Source of the DNA: Betaproteobacteria bacterium
GTDB taxonomy: Bacteria; Pseudomonadota; Gammaproteobacteria; Burkholderiales; Casimicrobiaceae
Assembly: GCA_013298045.1 (NCBI GenBank)
Contig: JAAFJI010000001.1
Location: forward strand, 1 to 52,471
Direction of reading: 5' to 3'
DNA: 52,471 bases
Position 1 is the first letter of the stretch. Each line of letters begins with the position of its first letter. Positions 10,190 through 21,075 of this stretch are shown here, one piece after another. Made by a program: the position numbers and the translations under genes. The notes beneath the pieces were generated by a model that was given only the letters and a program-made list of their open reading frames with translations, was not told the DNA's origin and did not search any database.

Positions 10190-10660
10190 ATGTCGAAATC
10201 TTCTCCGTTCCGTGTCTGCATGCTCTCATTTGTTTTAGCTGCGGCACCCATCGCTTATGCGGACTACACGCCATCAACGCCTGCGGAAACCGCAAAGATT
10301 CCGACCTACGAAGAGGGCATGGCCGCCGTCAAACGCAAAGACTGGGCGGCTGCCGCGAAGCACTTCGAGTCGGCGACCGTCGCAGCGCCCAAAAATGCCG
10401 ACGCTCACAACATGCTTGGCTTTTCGTATCGCTGGCTTGGCAAATACAAGGAGGCCTTCGCAAGCTACGACCGGGCCTTCGCGATCGACCCGAATCATCG
10501 CGGGGCGCATGAATACGTTGGCGTCGCGCATTTGAAGCAGAAGAATGTCGAGAAAGCGCGCTGGCATTTGTCGCAACTGGAAAGAATATGCGGCAAACAA
10601 TGCGAAGAGTACAAAGACCTTGAGCGCGCAATTGCCGAGCACACGAAAGCCAAGGGCTAA
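10190..10660 (+). CDS. Secreted tetratricopeptide-repeat protein
   Basis: Signal peptide ending AYA. TPR motifs (ADAHNMLGFSYR; HRGAHEYVG) and C-terminal C.KQCEEY. Confidence 0.85.
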   Translation: MSKSSPFRVCMLSFVLAAAPIAYADYTPSTPAETAKIPTYEEGMAAVKRKDWAAAAKHFESATVAAPKNADAHNMLGFSYRWLGKYKEAFASYDRAFAIDPNHRGAHEYVGVAHLKQKNVEKARWHLSQLERICGKQCEEYKDLERAIAEHTKAKG

Positions 10661-10677
10661 CCGATTGGACGTAGCGC

Positions 10678-11583
10678 GTGGTTAACCTCGACATCGCCGC
10701 TCTGCGCACGTTTGTTACGCTTGCCGACAACAAAAGCTTCACACTCACTGCGGAGCGCGTCGCGCGTACGCAGTCGACGGTGAGCGCGCAAATCAAGAAA
10801 CTCGAAGAGCGGTTGGGCTTTCTCGTGTTCGAGCGCGATCGGCGCAATTTTTCGGTGACGTCCAAAGGCGACGCGCTGCTTGCCTACGCGCGTGAAGTAC
10901 TGCGTGTTCACGACGAAGGCGTGCAGCGTGTCATGAGTGGATCGGTCGGCGGCACTATTCGGCTCGGCATAACCGACTACTTCGTACCCGGCGCGTTGCC
11001 GGAGTTATTGATGCGGTTTCGTGAGCGCTTTCCGGATGCGCGCGTCGAAGTCACCGGTGGCCTCACCGGCGTGCTACTCGCGAAGAAGAAGGAAGGCGAA
11101 ATCGATGTTGTGATTGGGCGGCGGGACGCGACCGATGCGTCGGCACGCAACAAAAAAAGCGCACACGTTTTGCGTCGCGAAAAACTCTACTGGGTTGCAA
11201 CGCCGAATGACGAGGCGCTTGATCGACTGCGCCGCGACGCAAAAACGGCGCAAAACGAATTGCCGCTCGCGCTACTGCCGCATGGCTGCGGCGTGCGCGC
11301 GCACGCACTTCGCGCACTCGCGCAAAGCGAAAAGCGGTGGTATGTTGCGTACTGCGGCCAAAGCGTGCTCTCGTTGCAGTCGGCGATTCATGCGGGCGTT
11401 GGCGTTGGCGCGCTTACCGAAGGTTCGGTCGCGAACGGCTTGAAGATATTGGGAAAACGCGACGGTTTTCCGCCGCTGATCGATTCGGAAATTGTGCTCT
11501 ACGGTGCCGCGTCGCCGACCAAGGAAATTTCGGCGCTCACCGATCTGCTCGTCGAGCATTTCTTGAAAACGCCACACACGTAA
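10678..11583 (+). CDS. LysR-family transcriptional regulator
   Basis: HTH SFTLTAERVARTQSTVSAQIKKLEE followed by a substrate-binding domain. Confidence 0.93.
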   Translation: MVNLDIAALRTFVTLADNKSFTLTAERVARTQSTVSAQIKKLEERLGFLVFERDRRNFSVTSKGDALLAYAREVLRVHDEGVQRVMSGSVGGTIRLGITDYFVPGALPELLMRFRERFPDARVEVTGGLTGVLLAKKKEGEIDVVIGRRDATDASARNKKSAHVLRREKLYWVATPNDEALDRLRRDAKTAQNELPLALLPHGCGVRAHALRALAQSEKRWYVAYCGQSVLSLQSAIHAGVGVGALTEGSVANGLKILGKRDGFPPLIDSEIVLYGAASPTKEISALTDLLVEHFLKTPHT

Positions 11584-11586
11584 GCG

Positions 11587-12393
11587 CTACTCTTTTGGCT
11601 TCTCGCCACCGTCATCCATCCCCGCTGCGACCTGCGAATAGCCGTTGTCCACATAGAGAATTTCGCCGGTCATCGCGCTTGCCCAATCGCTCATCAAAAA
11701 CGCAGCTACGTTGCCCACTTCGTCCGCAGTGATGTTGCGACGTAGTGGCGCAGCCGCTGCGAAGTTTTTGAGCATCGTCGAAAAGCCTGCAATACCCGCA
11801 GCGGCGAGCGTTTTGATCGGCCCCGCGCTGATGCCATTGACGCGTGTGCCTTCGGGTCCAAGCGTGGCTGCCATGTAGCGCACGTTCGCTTCGAGCGCGG
11901 CCTTGGCAACACCCATCGTGTTGTAGTTCGGCACCGCGCGAATCGCACCAAGGTACGAAAGCGTGAGCAGCGCGCCGTTGCGGCCCTTCATCAATTCGCG
12001 CGACGCTTTGCCAAGCGCTGCGAACGAATAGGCGGAGATATCCATCGCGGTCATGAACGACGAGCGCGACAGCCCATCAAGAAAATCGCCCGCAATCGCT
12101 TCGCGCGGCGCAAAGCCGATCGAATGCACGACGCCATCGAGTCCGCCCCATTCGGTTTTGAGCTTAGCGAAGACTGCATCGATTTCGTCTTGCTTGGTGA
12201 CATCCATGCTCATCACGAGGCCGCCACCTAGTTCGGGCGCGAGTTTGTCGACGCGATCCTTCATCGATTCACCGGCGTAGGTGAACGCGAGCGTTGCGCC
12301 TTCGCGCTTCAAGGCTTTGCCGATGCCGAACGCGATCGAGCGATTCGAGAGCAGACCGGTGAGGAGGATTTTTTTGTCTTTGAGGATCGACAT
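11587..12393 (-). CDS. fabI: Enoyl-ACP reductase
   Basis: SNRSIAFGI, HSIGFAP, YNTMGVAKAALE and AGPIKTLAA motifs. Confidence 0.96.
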   Translation of the reverse strand: MSILKDKKILLTGLLSNRSIAFGIGKALKREGATLAFTYAGESMKDRVDKLAPELGGGLVMSMDVTKQDEIDAVFAKLKTEWGGLDGVVHSIGFAPREAIAGDFLDGLSRSSFMTAMDISAYSFAALGKASRELMKGRNGALLTLSYLGAIRAVPNYNTMGVAKAALEANVRYMAATLGPEGTRVNGISAGPIKTLAAAGIAGFSTMLKNFAAAAPLRRNITADEVGNVAAFLMSDWASAMTGEILYVDNGYSQVAAGMDDGGEKPKE

Positions 12394-12648
12394 TCAAGAG
12401 CGTCCAATATGCGATACGTGAATTCTAGGCTCGCAAAGGATTTCGTTCATGGCTCAACGAATCTCCACAAATGCCAATCGCGAATGTTGCGATCGTGTTG
12501 CGCGGCAATCACGCGAAAAAAGCGGAAATCGTCACGCGAACGCAATAGCCGAATTCTTATGTCACCGACTTAGACCGTCCACTGTCCAGCGACTTGGTCA
12601 GCGAATGTCAAACGCTGGGGCACAGCGCGACGAGCAGCGCATCCCGGT

Positions 12649-12670
12649 TCGCGGCAGAGCCGCTCCTACA
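12649..12670 (-). repeat. GTAG-family REP-like element
   Basis: Minus strand reads TGTAGGA-GCGGC-TCT-GCCGC-GA: a GTAG head plus a perfect 5-bp hairpin. Intergenic. Confidence 0.6.
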
Positions 12671-12708
12671 ATACGTACGTACTTTCATCGTTTGAAGATC
12701 GCTGCACA

Positions 12709-14040
12709 ATGTCCTCGCTCATGACTCCCAAAGAAATCGTTCACGAACTCGATCGTCATATCGTGGGGCAGGGCGCGGCGAAGAAAGCGGTGGCGATCGC
12801 GCTTCGTAATCGCTGGCGTCGTCAGCAGGTGCCCGATCCGTTGCGCTCGGAGATTACGCCGAAGAACATTTTGATGATCGGACCGACCGGTGTTGGCAAA
12901 ACGGAAATTGCGCGACGGCTTGCGAAACTTGCGAACGCGCCGTTTGTGAAAGTGGAAGCGACCAAGTTCACCGAAGTCGGCTACGTCGGTCGCGATGTCG
13001 ATACGATCATTCGCGATTTGGTGGAAGTCTCGATTAAGCAAACGCGCGAACAGGCGACCAAGGCCGTGCGCGATCGTGCGCTCGACGCGGCGGAGGAGCG
13101 CGTGCTAGATGCTTTGTTGCCGCCACCAACCGCCGTCAACTTCGAAGATTTGAAGCCGACCGATAACACGACGCGACAGAAGTTTCGCAAGATGTTGCGC
13201 GAAGGGCAATTCGACGACAAAGAAATCGACATCGAAGTCGCGCAGGCTGCGCCGCAGATGGAAGTGATGGCACCGCCGGGTATGGAGGAATTGACGCAGC
13301 AGATTCAAGGCATGTTTTCGAACATGCATCAGGGGCGCAAGAAATTCAAGAAGATGCGTGTTGATGAAGCGCTAAAAATTTGTCAGGATGAAGAAGCGGC
13401 GAAACTCGTCAACGAAGAGGAACTTAAAGCCAATGCGCTCGAAAACGCTGAGCAAAATGGCATTGTGTTCTTGGATGAAATCGACAAGATCGCCGCGCGA
13501 CAAGAAACGAGCGGCGCGGACGTGTCGCGTCAAGGTGTGCAACGCGATTTGCTGCCGCTCGTCGAGGGCACGACGGTCAACACGAAATACGGCGCGATCA
13601 AAACCGATCATATTTTGTTCATCGCGAGTGGCGCGTTTCATCTCTCGAAACCGAGCGATTTGATTCCCGAATTGCAGGGACGCTTTCCGATTCGCGTGGA
13701 GCTCACGGCGCTTAACGTGAAAGACTTTGAACGCATTCTTACGGCAACAGATGCTAGTCTTACGCAGCAATACGCCGCGCTGTTACTCACTGAACAAGTG
13801 ACGCTCGATTTCAAAACCGACGCGATTACGCGACTCGCAGAGATCGCGTTTACAGTGAACGAACGTCAAGAAAACATCGGCGCGCGGCGTCTGCACACAG
13901 TGATGGAGCGACTCGTCGAAGACGTGAGTTTCGATGCAGACTCGCTCACCGGTTCCGTTATTGAAATCGATGCGAAGTTTGTGGACAGCAAACTTGCGAA
14001 CATTGTGAAGGATGAAAATCTCTCGCAATTCATCCTCTGA
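12709..14040 (+). CDS. hslU: HslU protease ATPase subunit
   Basis: [42 protein letters not shown] and C-terminal QFIL. Confidence 0.98.
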   Translation: MSSLMTPKEIVHELDRHIVGQGAAKKAVAIALRNRWRRQQVPDPLRSEITPKNILMIGPTGVGKTEIARRLAKLANAPFVKVEATKFTEVGYVGRDVDTIIRDLVEVSIKQTREQATKAVRDRALDAAEERVLDALLPPPTAVNFEDLKPTDNTTRQKFRKMLREGQFDDKEIDIEVAQAAPQMEVMAPPGMEELTQQIQGMFSNMHQGRKKFKKMRVDEALKICQDEEAAKLVNEEELKANALENAEQNGIVFLDEIDKIAARQETSGADVSRQGVQRDLLPLVEGTTVNTKYGAIKTDHILFIASGAFHLSKPSDLIPELQGRFPIRVELTALNVKDFERILTATDASLTQQYAALLLTEQVTLDFKTDAITRLAEIAFTVNERQENIGARRLHTVMERLVEDVSFDADSLTGSVIEIDAKFVDSKLANIVKDENLSQFIL

Positions 14041-14226
14041 CTTTCTAAGCAAGCTTTTGCAGCGATTGCCCTAATGAATATGGCAATAAGTAAGTTTATA
14101 TACTGCGTTGAAAATTTATAAAAATAGACATCAATTCATATTTCATTGGGCGTCGAGTGATAGTGCTATATCCGAGTTTTATGTCGAAGCAGAGAAACGC
14201 ATCGAACGCCATTTGCGAGTTGTGCG

Positions 14227-15492
14227 GTGAATAGCGTCGCTCAAGCGGCGAGCTTCAACACGCTGCGTTTCACGCTCGCGATCTTCGCGCCGTTCGGTCT
14301 TGCCTACGTCATCAGCTATGCGTTGCGTACGGTGAACGCAGCCATCGCCCCACAGCTCACACGCGAGTTCGGTCTCGACGCGGCGCAGCTCGGTTTTCTC
14401 ACGGCGGCGTACTTTCTCGCCTTTGCATTTACTCAATTGCCGCTTGGTAGTTTCCTTGATCGATATCGTCCGCGCCGGGTCGAAGCCCTGTTGATGCTCG
14501 TCTGCGCGTCAGGCTGTTTCGTATTCGCGTCGGCAACTTCATCCATCGGGCTGATTGTCGGTCGCGCGCTGATTGGGATCGGCGTCGCCGCATGTTTGAT
14601 GGCGACTCTGCGCACATTCGGATTGTGGTTGCCGAAAGAGCGCGTGCCCGCGATGAATGGCTACATGCTTGCGGTCGGCAACGCGGGCGCAATTCTCTCC
14701 ACCGCACCGGTGCTGTGGTTACTCGGTTTCATCACGTGGTCGCAAATGTTCTTCGCGGTCGGCGTGCTCTCGATTGCGGTCGCGTTTTGGCTCGCGTTCG
14801 TTGTTCCCGATCCGAACACAGCAAAAACCGCACAAGCGAACAAAGAAAAAGTTTCAGTCGCGGTCATACTGCGGTCACCACTGTTCTGGGCCGCGGCACC
14901 AATCACCTGCTTCGGCAACGCGATGGGGCTCGCCGTGCAAGGTTTGTGGGCGGGACCGTGGCTCGTCGATGTAGTCGGCATGGCACCGCGCGAGATCGGC
15001 AACTATTTGTTGTTGATTTCCGCAGGGATGCTCGTCGCGAACATCACACTTGGCACGCTCATGGGGCGCTACGTCGCGCGCGGCGGTTCGGCACCGCTCT
15101 TTGCATGTTTGGGTTGCCTTGGCTGTTTGATCGGACTCTTGCCTTTGCTGTTTTCGTGGAAAGGCTCGCCCGCCCTCGTGCTTACGTTTTTTGGTCTAAC
15201 GCACGTCGCGGGGAACCTCGTGTTCGCCGCGCTCACGCCGAGTTTTCCAAGTGCCGTTGCGGGAAGACTCTCGACGATCATCAATTTCATGATGTTCGGG
15301 TTGGGTTTTCTAGTGCAGTGGTGCATCGGCTTGATCGTCAACAAATTCCCCACGGAAACGCCGGGACGCTATGCGCAGGCAGGCTATGAAACGGCATTCA
15401 TGGTCGTTGCCGCGATTGAAATCGCAATCATCGTGTGGACGCTCTTCGCGCTGCCTCGTGCCATGAAACCTATGAGGCAACCGGTCGCATGA
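14227..15492 (+). CDS. MFS transporter
   Basis: About 12 hydrophobic segments and the motif G.FLDRYRPRR. Confidence 0.9.
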   Translation: MNSVAQAASFNTLRFTLAIFAPFGLAYVISYALRTVNAAIAPQLTREFGLDAAQLGFLTAAYFLAFAFTQLPLGSFLDRYRPRRVEALLMLVCASGCFVFASATSSIGLIVGRALIGIGVAACLMATLRTFGLWLPKERVPAMNGYMLAVGNAGAILSTAPVLWLLGFITWSQMFFAVGVLSIAVAFWLAFVVPDPNTAKTAQANKEKVSVAVILRSPLFWAAAPITCFGNAMGLAVQGLWAGPWLVDVVGMAPREIGNYLLLISAGMLVANITLGTLMGRYVARGGSAPLFACLGCLGCLIGLLPLLFSWKGSPALVLTFFGLTHVAGNLVFAALTPSFPSAVAGRLSTIINFMMFGLGFLVQWCIGLIVNKFPTETPGRYAQAGYETAFMVVAAIEIAIIVWTLFALPRAMKPMRQPVA

Positions 15493-16370
15493 ATACCGCA
15501 TTTCGCATCGCCGAAATCGTTTTGCCGGTGCTGCTCATCATCGTGCTCGGCTACGCACTCGGTCGCGCGTGGAAGCCCGACATGCGGATGATGAATCGAT
15601 TCAATCTCGATGTGTTTGGGCCGTTCCTCGTACTTGCTTATTTGAGCGACAAGAGCGTGGATCTCGTGTCACTGTGGCCGCTTGCCGTTGCCTCGATTGT
15701 TGTGGTGCTCGGATCGGGCGTGCTCGCGTGGCCATTCGCGAAACTCGCGGGCGAGAGCCCGCGCACCTTTGTGCCGCCAATGATGTTCAACAACTGCGGC
15801 AACATGGGTTTGCCGCTCGCGCTCTTTGCGTTTGGTGCACCGGGTGTTGCTGGCATGGTGGCACTTTTTACGACTTCGAACTTGCTGCACTTCACGGTCG
15901 GCTCGTTCATCGTCAATCGACATGCCGAATGGAAGTTTTTGCTGAAAAGCCCAATGATCTGGGCGACTGCGCTCGGTGCCGGACTGGGGCTCAGTGGTCT
16001 GCACCTGCCCGATGTCGTGCATGCACCGATCAAGATGGTCGGCGACAGCGCGATTCCACTCATGCTGCTGTCGCTGGGCGTGCGAATGACCGATGTGAAG
16101 CGCGAGGATTTCTCGATGTCCTTACTCGCCGCCGCCGTTTGTCCGGTGGTCGGCCTGATCATGGCGGCGATTGCGGCACTCATCGTGCCGATGAGCAAAG
16201 AGCAAATCGGGCTCGTGTTTTTGTTTGGTGCGCTGCCGCCTGCGGTGCTTAACTTTTTGGTGGCGGATTACTACAAGCAAGAGCCAGCGAAGGTTGCATC
16301 GATCGTGCTTGTGGGCAATATTGCGAGCGTGGTATTTGTGCCGCTCGGCTTGTTGTTTGCGTTGCGATAA
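15489..16370 (+). CDS. AEC (auxin efflux carrier) family transporter
   Basis: FNNCGNMGLPL, IPLMLLSLG and LPPAV motifs. ATGA overlap with the MFS stop. Confidence 0.9.
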   Translation: MNTAFRIAEIVLPVLLIIVLGYALGRAWKPDMRMMNRFNLDVFGPFLVLAYLSDKSVDLVSLWPLAVASIVVVLGSGVLAWPFAKLAGESPRTFVPPMMFNNCGNMGLPLALFAFGAPGVAGMVALFTTSNLLHFTVGSFIVNRHAEWKFLLKSPMIWATALGAGLGLSGLHLPDVVHAPIKMVGDSAIPLMLLSLGVRMTDVKREDFSMSLLAAAVCPVVGLIMAAIAALIVPMSKEQIGLVFLFGALPPAVLNFLVADYYKQEPAKVASIVLVGNIASVVFVPLGLLFALR

Positions 16371-16460
16371 ATTACGGACACGTCGTACACATAGAGCGAA
16401 TGTCGCGAAGTGCTACCCGTCGCCCAAGGTTCCAAGCGCTACCTATATTGCAAACGCCGA

Positions 16461-16493
16461 CGATGGGTATCGCTTTGCTCCGCCCATCTTGCG
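16461..16493 (-). repeat. Degenerate REP-like hairpin between convergent genes
   Basis: GATGGG...CCCATC arms; minus strand reads CGCAAGATGGGCGGAGCAAAGCGATACCCATCG, resembling GTAGGATGGG-type REPs. Confidence 0.45.
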
Positions 16494-16504
16494 CGCGGTC
16501 GCGC

Positions 16505-17077
16505 CTACACGCGCAACGCCAATTGCTCTGCCGCCCAGTTCGCGCCTGGCTTGCGTTTAAATCCGCTCTTCGCATAGCTGTGCCAACGTCCGAGCGCGTA
16601 GGCAACGCATGTTGACGCGCAGGCAGCGGGGTTTAAATCTACGCCTGGATTGGCTGCGGTGACCAATTGAAGCGATTGTTTAATCGATGCTTCGACACGA
16701 TCCAAAATTTGATTAATGCGCGTTTGCAAACGCGCATCTTCGTTGACCAACGCATCGCCGATCAATACGCGCACCATTCCTGGATTTTTCTCGGCGAAGG
16801 TGAGCATCATCGAGACGATCGACAGCGCTTGCGTGCGCCCATCGCGTTCGGCAGCCACAATTTGATTGATGACGGAGAACATCGATTCTTCAATGAATTC
16901 GATGAGCGCTTCAAACATCTGCGCTTTGCTTGCGAAGTGACGATAGAGCGCCGCTTCGGAGACGCCCACTTTCGCCGCCAGTGCGGCGGTCGTGATTTTC
17001 TCGCCTTGCGGCGTTTCGAGCATGCCCGCCAGCACCTGCAGAATCTGAGTTCGGCGCTCCCCCGGTTTGCTTGCCAT
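16505..17077 (-). CDS. slmA: Nucleoid occlusion factor SlmA (TetR family)
   Basis: ITTAALAAKVGVSEAALYRHFASKAQMFEALIEFIE. Lies downstream of argB. Confidence 0.93.
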   Translation of the reverse strand: MASKPGERRTQILQVLAGMLETPQGEKITTAALAAKVGVSEAALYRHFASKAQMFEALIEFIEESMFSVINQIVAAERDGRTQALSIVSMMLTFAEKNPGMVRVLIGDALVNEDARLQTRINQILDRVEASIKQSLQLVTAANPGVDLNPAACASTCVAYALGRWHSYAKSGFKRKPGANWAAEQLALRV

Positions 17078-17142
17078 ATCTTTTTCCTCTCAACCGAACG
17101 CGCAGGCTCGATTGATTTCGATCACTTCAACGGGCTCACGCA

Positions 17143-18027
17143 TCAATTCGCGCGAATCATGGTTCCCACGCCTTCCGACGTGAGAATCTCCAACAGTAGC
17201 GCATGCTCTACACGCCCGTCAATGATGTGAACCGCTTTAACGCCGTGCAGCGCAGCATCCAGGGCACCTTGTATCTTTGGGCGCATACCGCCAGAAATCG
17301 TACCGTCGGCAAACAAAGCCTCGATTTGCGCGTGGGTTAAGCCGGTCAAGAGCTTTCCGCTCTTGTCGAGCACACCCGGCGTATTGGTCATAAGAAGCAA
17401 TTTCTCTGCGCGAAGTGTCTGGGCGAGTTCCGAGGCCACCAGATCGGCATTGATGTTGTAGGCCTGACCGTCTGCACCGACGCCAATCGGCGCGATGACC
17501 GGAATGAAGTCTGCCGCATCCAGATGATGAATCAGCGACGGATCGATCGACTCAATATCGCCGACGAAACCGATGTCGAGCTTCTCGCCTTGATGGGTTT
17601 CGGAGTCGAGCATGAGCTTGCGCGCGCGGATGAATCCGGCGTCCTGGCCATTGAGCCCAACGGCGCGACCGCCAGCTTGGTTGATCAAGCCCACGATTTC
17701 CTGGTTTAACTCGCCAAGCACCGCTTCTACGACATAGAGCGTTTCATCGTCGGTCACCCGCATGCCCTGAACGAAGCTGCCTTTCTTACCGGTTTTATCA
17801 AGCATTTCGTTGATCTGCGGGCCGCCGCCGTGTACCACGACCGGGTTCATGCCAACGAGCTTGAGCATCACCACATCGAAGGCGAATTTCTTTTTGAGTT
17901 CCGGATCGGTCATCGCATTGCCGCCGTATTTGATGACCAGCGTTTTGTCGTGAAATTGCCGGATGTAGGGCAGTGCTTCGGCAAGTATGCGCGCACGGTC
18001 GGCGGCGGTAGCGGCGGAAAGTGGCAT
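17143..18027 (-). CDS. argB: Acetylglutamate kinase
   Basis: [27 protein letters not shown] and GGM.PK motifs. Confidence 0.97.
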   Translation of the reverse strand: MPLSAATAADRARILAEALPYIRQFHDKTLVIKYGGNAMTDPELKKKFAFDVVMLKLVGMNPVVVHGGGPQINEMLDKTGKKGSFVQGMRVTDDETLYVVEAVLGELNQEIVGLINQAGGRAVGLNGQDAGFIRARKLMLDSETHQGEKLDIGFVGDIESIDPSLIHHLDAADFIPVIAPIGVGADGQAYNINADLVASELAQTLRAEKLLLMTNTPGVLDKSGKLLTGLTHAQIEALFADGTISGGMRPKIQGALDAALHGVKAVHIIDGRVEHALLLEILTSEGVGTMIRAN

Positions 18028-18156
18028 GGCGGGCAGCGATTGGAGCGAAACGACAACGAAGCCGATTGTAGGCGTAACGTCGATGCAGCGAGCCGGTTAT
18101 TTGCGCCGAAACCGGGGTGAAGACGAGCGACCGACTCGCCTCGCGCGCGAGAAAAT

Positions 18157-19290
18157 CTAGCGCAAGAATTTCCCGTCTTTGGAAATGATCGTGTCCTCGA
18201 CAAACGAGCTTCCTAGACGATCATTGACACCGTAGCTCAGGGTGAAGTCGCCGAGTTCGAACGCGCGTAGTCCCTCGATGGCGCTCATGAGTGAGGCGGC
18301 GGCTACGTTTTTCCCCGTCCGGCGTATGCCCTCGACCAACAGACGGGCGCTGATGTAGCCTTGCAGCCCGGCATGACTCGGTTCCTGCTTCGCCGCCAGC
18401 GCCGCCGCTGCGTACTCTTTTGAAACGCCCACGGTCTTCGAGGTCGGCAGCGGCACCACCTGCATCACGATAACGCCGCGCGCGTTAGCGCCGAGCCCTT
18501 TGATGAACGAATTCGAACTATTGTTTGACAAGGTGACAAACTGGGTCAAACCGCCGCGCTCGGCGTAACGATTGACGAAGCCCGATGCGCAAGCCGCATT
18601 GCAGATCAGAAACACAACGTCGGGTTTTGCCGCAAGAAACTTTGCGAGTGCCGCGTCGGTGTTTGCGTTTCGGTTGTCTACCTTCTCAAAAAGCGGCGTG
18701 AGCTTAATTTCAGCCAGTCGCTTGGTTGCTGCCGCAAGCAGTGGATTGCCGTAGGCGTCGTCGGACGTTAAAAATGCAAACTTGGTGCGTCCGAGCCGCA
18801 GTTGTAGATCAATCGCGCGGATCAGTTCGGAGGAATAGCTCGCGCGCACCGTAAACGCAGTTTTTTGTTGACCATCGTACAAAAACTCGGGACCGACTTG
18901 CGGCGCGACCAGGGGCACTCCGTTGACTTCGCTGAGCTTGAGCAGCGCCTGGATGCTGGGCGATGTTCGGGGCATGAAAAATGCGAGCACCTCTTTTTTC
19001 GTGATCAGATCGGCGGCGAATTGGTCGGTCAATTTCGCATCTTGCTTGTCGTCGATTTCAACTAGTTCGACCTTGCGCCCGTTTACGCCACCTGCTTGAT
19101 TCACACGATCAAATACCAGTTTCGCGCCAGCGAGCGATTCGTTATTGGCGCTGGCCAAGGGGCCGGTAAACGGTCCGATATGGTGGATTCGCACGCTGGT
19201 CGCAGTTACAGCGAGGGATTGCGCAAGCGCAGCGGCTTGACCCAAAGAAAAGAAAACGACCGCGCACGCGGCGCGCAAAGACCCGTTCAT
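18157..19290 (-). CDS. ABC substrate-binding protein, branched-chain amino acid (LivJ/K-like) family
   Basis: Signal peptide. GA...F.RVNQAGGVNGRKVEL...DD and RASY..E motifs. Confidence 0.88.
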   Translation of the reverse strand: MNGSLRAACAVVFFSLGQAAALAQSLAVTATSVRIHHIGPFTGPLASANNESLAGAKLVFDRVNQAGGVNGRKVELVEIDDKQDAKLTDQFAADLITKKEVLAFFMPRTSPSIQALLKLSEVNGVPLVAPQVGPEFLYDGQQKTAFTVRASYSSELIRAIDLQLRLGRTKFAFLTSDDAYGNPLLAAATKRLAEIKLTPLFEKVDNRNANTDAALAKFLAAKPDVVFLICNAACASGFVNRYAERGGLTQFVTLSNNSSNSFIKGLGANARGVIVMQVVPLPTSKTVGVSKEYAAAALAAKQEPSHAGLQGYISARLLVEGIRRTGKNVAAASLMSAIEGLRAFELGDFTLSYGVNDRLGSSFVEDTIISKDGKFLR

Positions 19291-19443
19291 TCACCCTCCA
19301 AGGCTTTTTTGTTGCGCGAGCACGGTCGAGCTGCATACACGCGAGACATGAATCTAGCGCAGACGCCCTGTCAGAGGCGACAGCCTCGGTAAAATGGTGG
19401 TTCCTCCAAACGCAACGCCGGATAAAGCCGCGCGCCCTGCAAC

Positions 19444-20874
19444 ATGAATGACACCCCCGTTTTGTCGGCGGCTGATGCTCAGCCCGCGCCCGACGCGCCA
19501 TTCCCCGCCAAGAAAAAACTCTTCATCCGCACCTTCGGCTGCCAGATGAATGAGTACGACTCCGACAAGATGGCCGACATCTTGAATGCGTCCGAGGCGG
19601 CTTCGTCTGCCGACGGTAAAACCGGTTTCGCGAAGACCGACACACCCGACGACGCGGACGTGATTCTCTTTAACACCTGCTCGGTGCGCGAGAAAGCGCA
19701 AGAGAAAGTGTTTCACGATCTTGGTCGCGTGCGCGAACTCAAAAAATCAAACCCGAATCTGCTGATCGGCGTCGGTGGTTGCGTTGCGTCGCAAGAAGGC
19801 GCGGCGATTGTCGAGCGTGCGCCGTTCGTAGATGTCGTGTTCGGGCCCCAGACTCTGCATCGCCTTCCGGCGTTGATTGCGAAACGTCGCGAAACCGGGC
19901 GCTCGCAAGTCGATATCTCGTTCCCCGAAATCGAAAAATTCGACAACATGCCGCCCGCACGGGTTGAGGCGGCAAGTGCGTTCGTCTCGATCATGGAAGG
20001 TTGCAGCAAATATTGCAGTTTCTGCGTCGTGCCCTACACACGTGGCGAGGAAGTGTCGCGACCGTTTGAAGACGTGTTGACCGAGATTGCCGAGCTCGCG
20101 ATCAAGGGCGTGAAAGAGATCACCCTGCTCGGGCAAAACGTGAACGCGTACAGAGGAAAGATGGGCGGCGGCAATGAGATTGCAGACTTTGCAACACTGA
20201 TCGAATACATCGACGAGATTCCGGGGATTGAGCGCATCCGCTATACGACCTCGCATCCGCGCGAGATGAGCGCTTCGTTGATTGCGGTGTACGAAAAAAT
20301 CCCGAAGCTGGTCTCGCAACTGCATTTGCCAGTGCAGCATGGCTCCGATCGTATTCTCGCGGCGATGAAACGCGGCTACACCGCGCTCGAATTCAAATCG
20401 ACTGTGCGAAAGCTGCGTGCAGTGCGCCCGAACATTTCGCTGACCTCCGATTTCATTGTCGGCTTCCCTGGCGAAACCCAGAAAGATCACGACCTCACGA
20501 TGAAGCTGATCGACGACGTTGCCTTTGACGGTGCGTTTAGCTTCACGTACAGCGCACGCCCCGGAACGCCGGCGGCAGATCTTGCAGACGATACGCCAGC
20601 CGCTGAGAAATCTGCCCGTTTGAGTCAACTGCAAAAACGGATCGACGAGCTCTTCTCTGGCTACAGTCGGGCGATGGTGGGCAATATCGAACGCGTGCTG
20701 GTAGAAGGCACATCGAAGAAAAGCAAGAGCGAGCTTGCTGCGCGCACTGAGAACAATCGCGTGATCAATTTCCCGGGCGGTCCAAACGCGCATCGCCTCG
20801 TCGGCGAATACGTCGACGTGAAAGTCATCGAAGCGGTCGCGCACAGTCTGCGCGGCGAAATCGTGACGCACTAG
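19444..20874 (+). CDS. miaB: tRNA methylthiotransferase MiaB
   Basis: [20 protein letters not shown], radical-SAM CSKYCSFC motif and a TRAM domain. Confidence 0.98.
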   Translation: MNDTPVLSAADAQPAPDAPFPAKKKLFIRTFGCQMNEYDSDKMADILNASEAASSADGKTGFAKTDTPDDADVILFNTCSVREKAQEKVFHDLGRVRELKKSNPNLLIGVGGCVASQEGAAIVERAPFVDVVFGPQTLHRLPALIAKRRETGRSQVDISFPEIEKFDNMPPARVEAASAFVSIMEGCSKYCSFCVVPYTRGEEVSRPFEDVLTEIAELAIKGVKEITLLGQNVNAYRGKMGGGNEIADFATLIEYIDEIPGIERIRYTTSHPREMSASLIAVYEKIPKLVSQLHLPVQHGSDRILAAMKRGYTALEFKSTVRKLRAVRPNISLTSDFIVGFPGETQKDHDLTMKLIDDVAFDGAFSFTYSARPGTPAADLADDTPAAEKSARLSQLQKRIDELFSGYSRAMVGNIERVLVEGTSKKSKSELAARTENNRVINFPGGPNAHRLVGEYVDVKVIEAVAHSLRGEIVTH

Positions 20875-21075
20875 CCGCGGAGCGTTTTGCCGCAATGAAC
20901 TATGTACTTGATCGCCCCGCGCAGAACGACTTGTGCGAGAGTTTAGAAGCTATAGGACATAGATACTTAACTCATCGTACTTGAGCTTTAAAGCGGCGAA
21001 ATTGTAAAAAGCTACAAATGACCCAGTCGTATCTATCGCTCGCGGCTGCGGCTTACTGCCGCGCCGCGTGATCGC

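Noticed and set aside
12449-12724. 91-aa ORF upstream of hslU as a possible hslV remnant
   Set aside because: No HslV motifs, and it runs through the REP-like hairpin.
19747-20895. 382-aa minus-strand ORF
   Set aside because: Antisense shadow of miaB.
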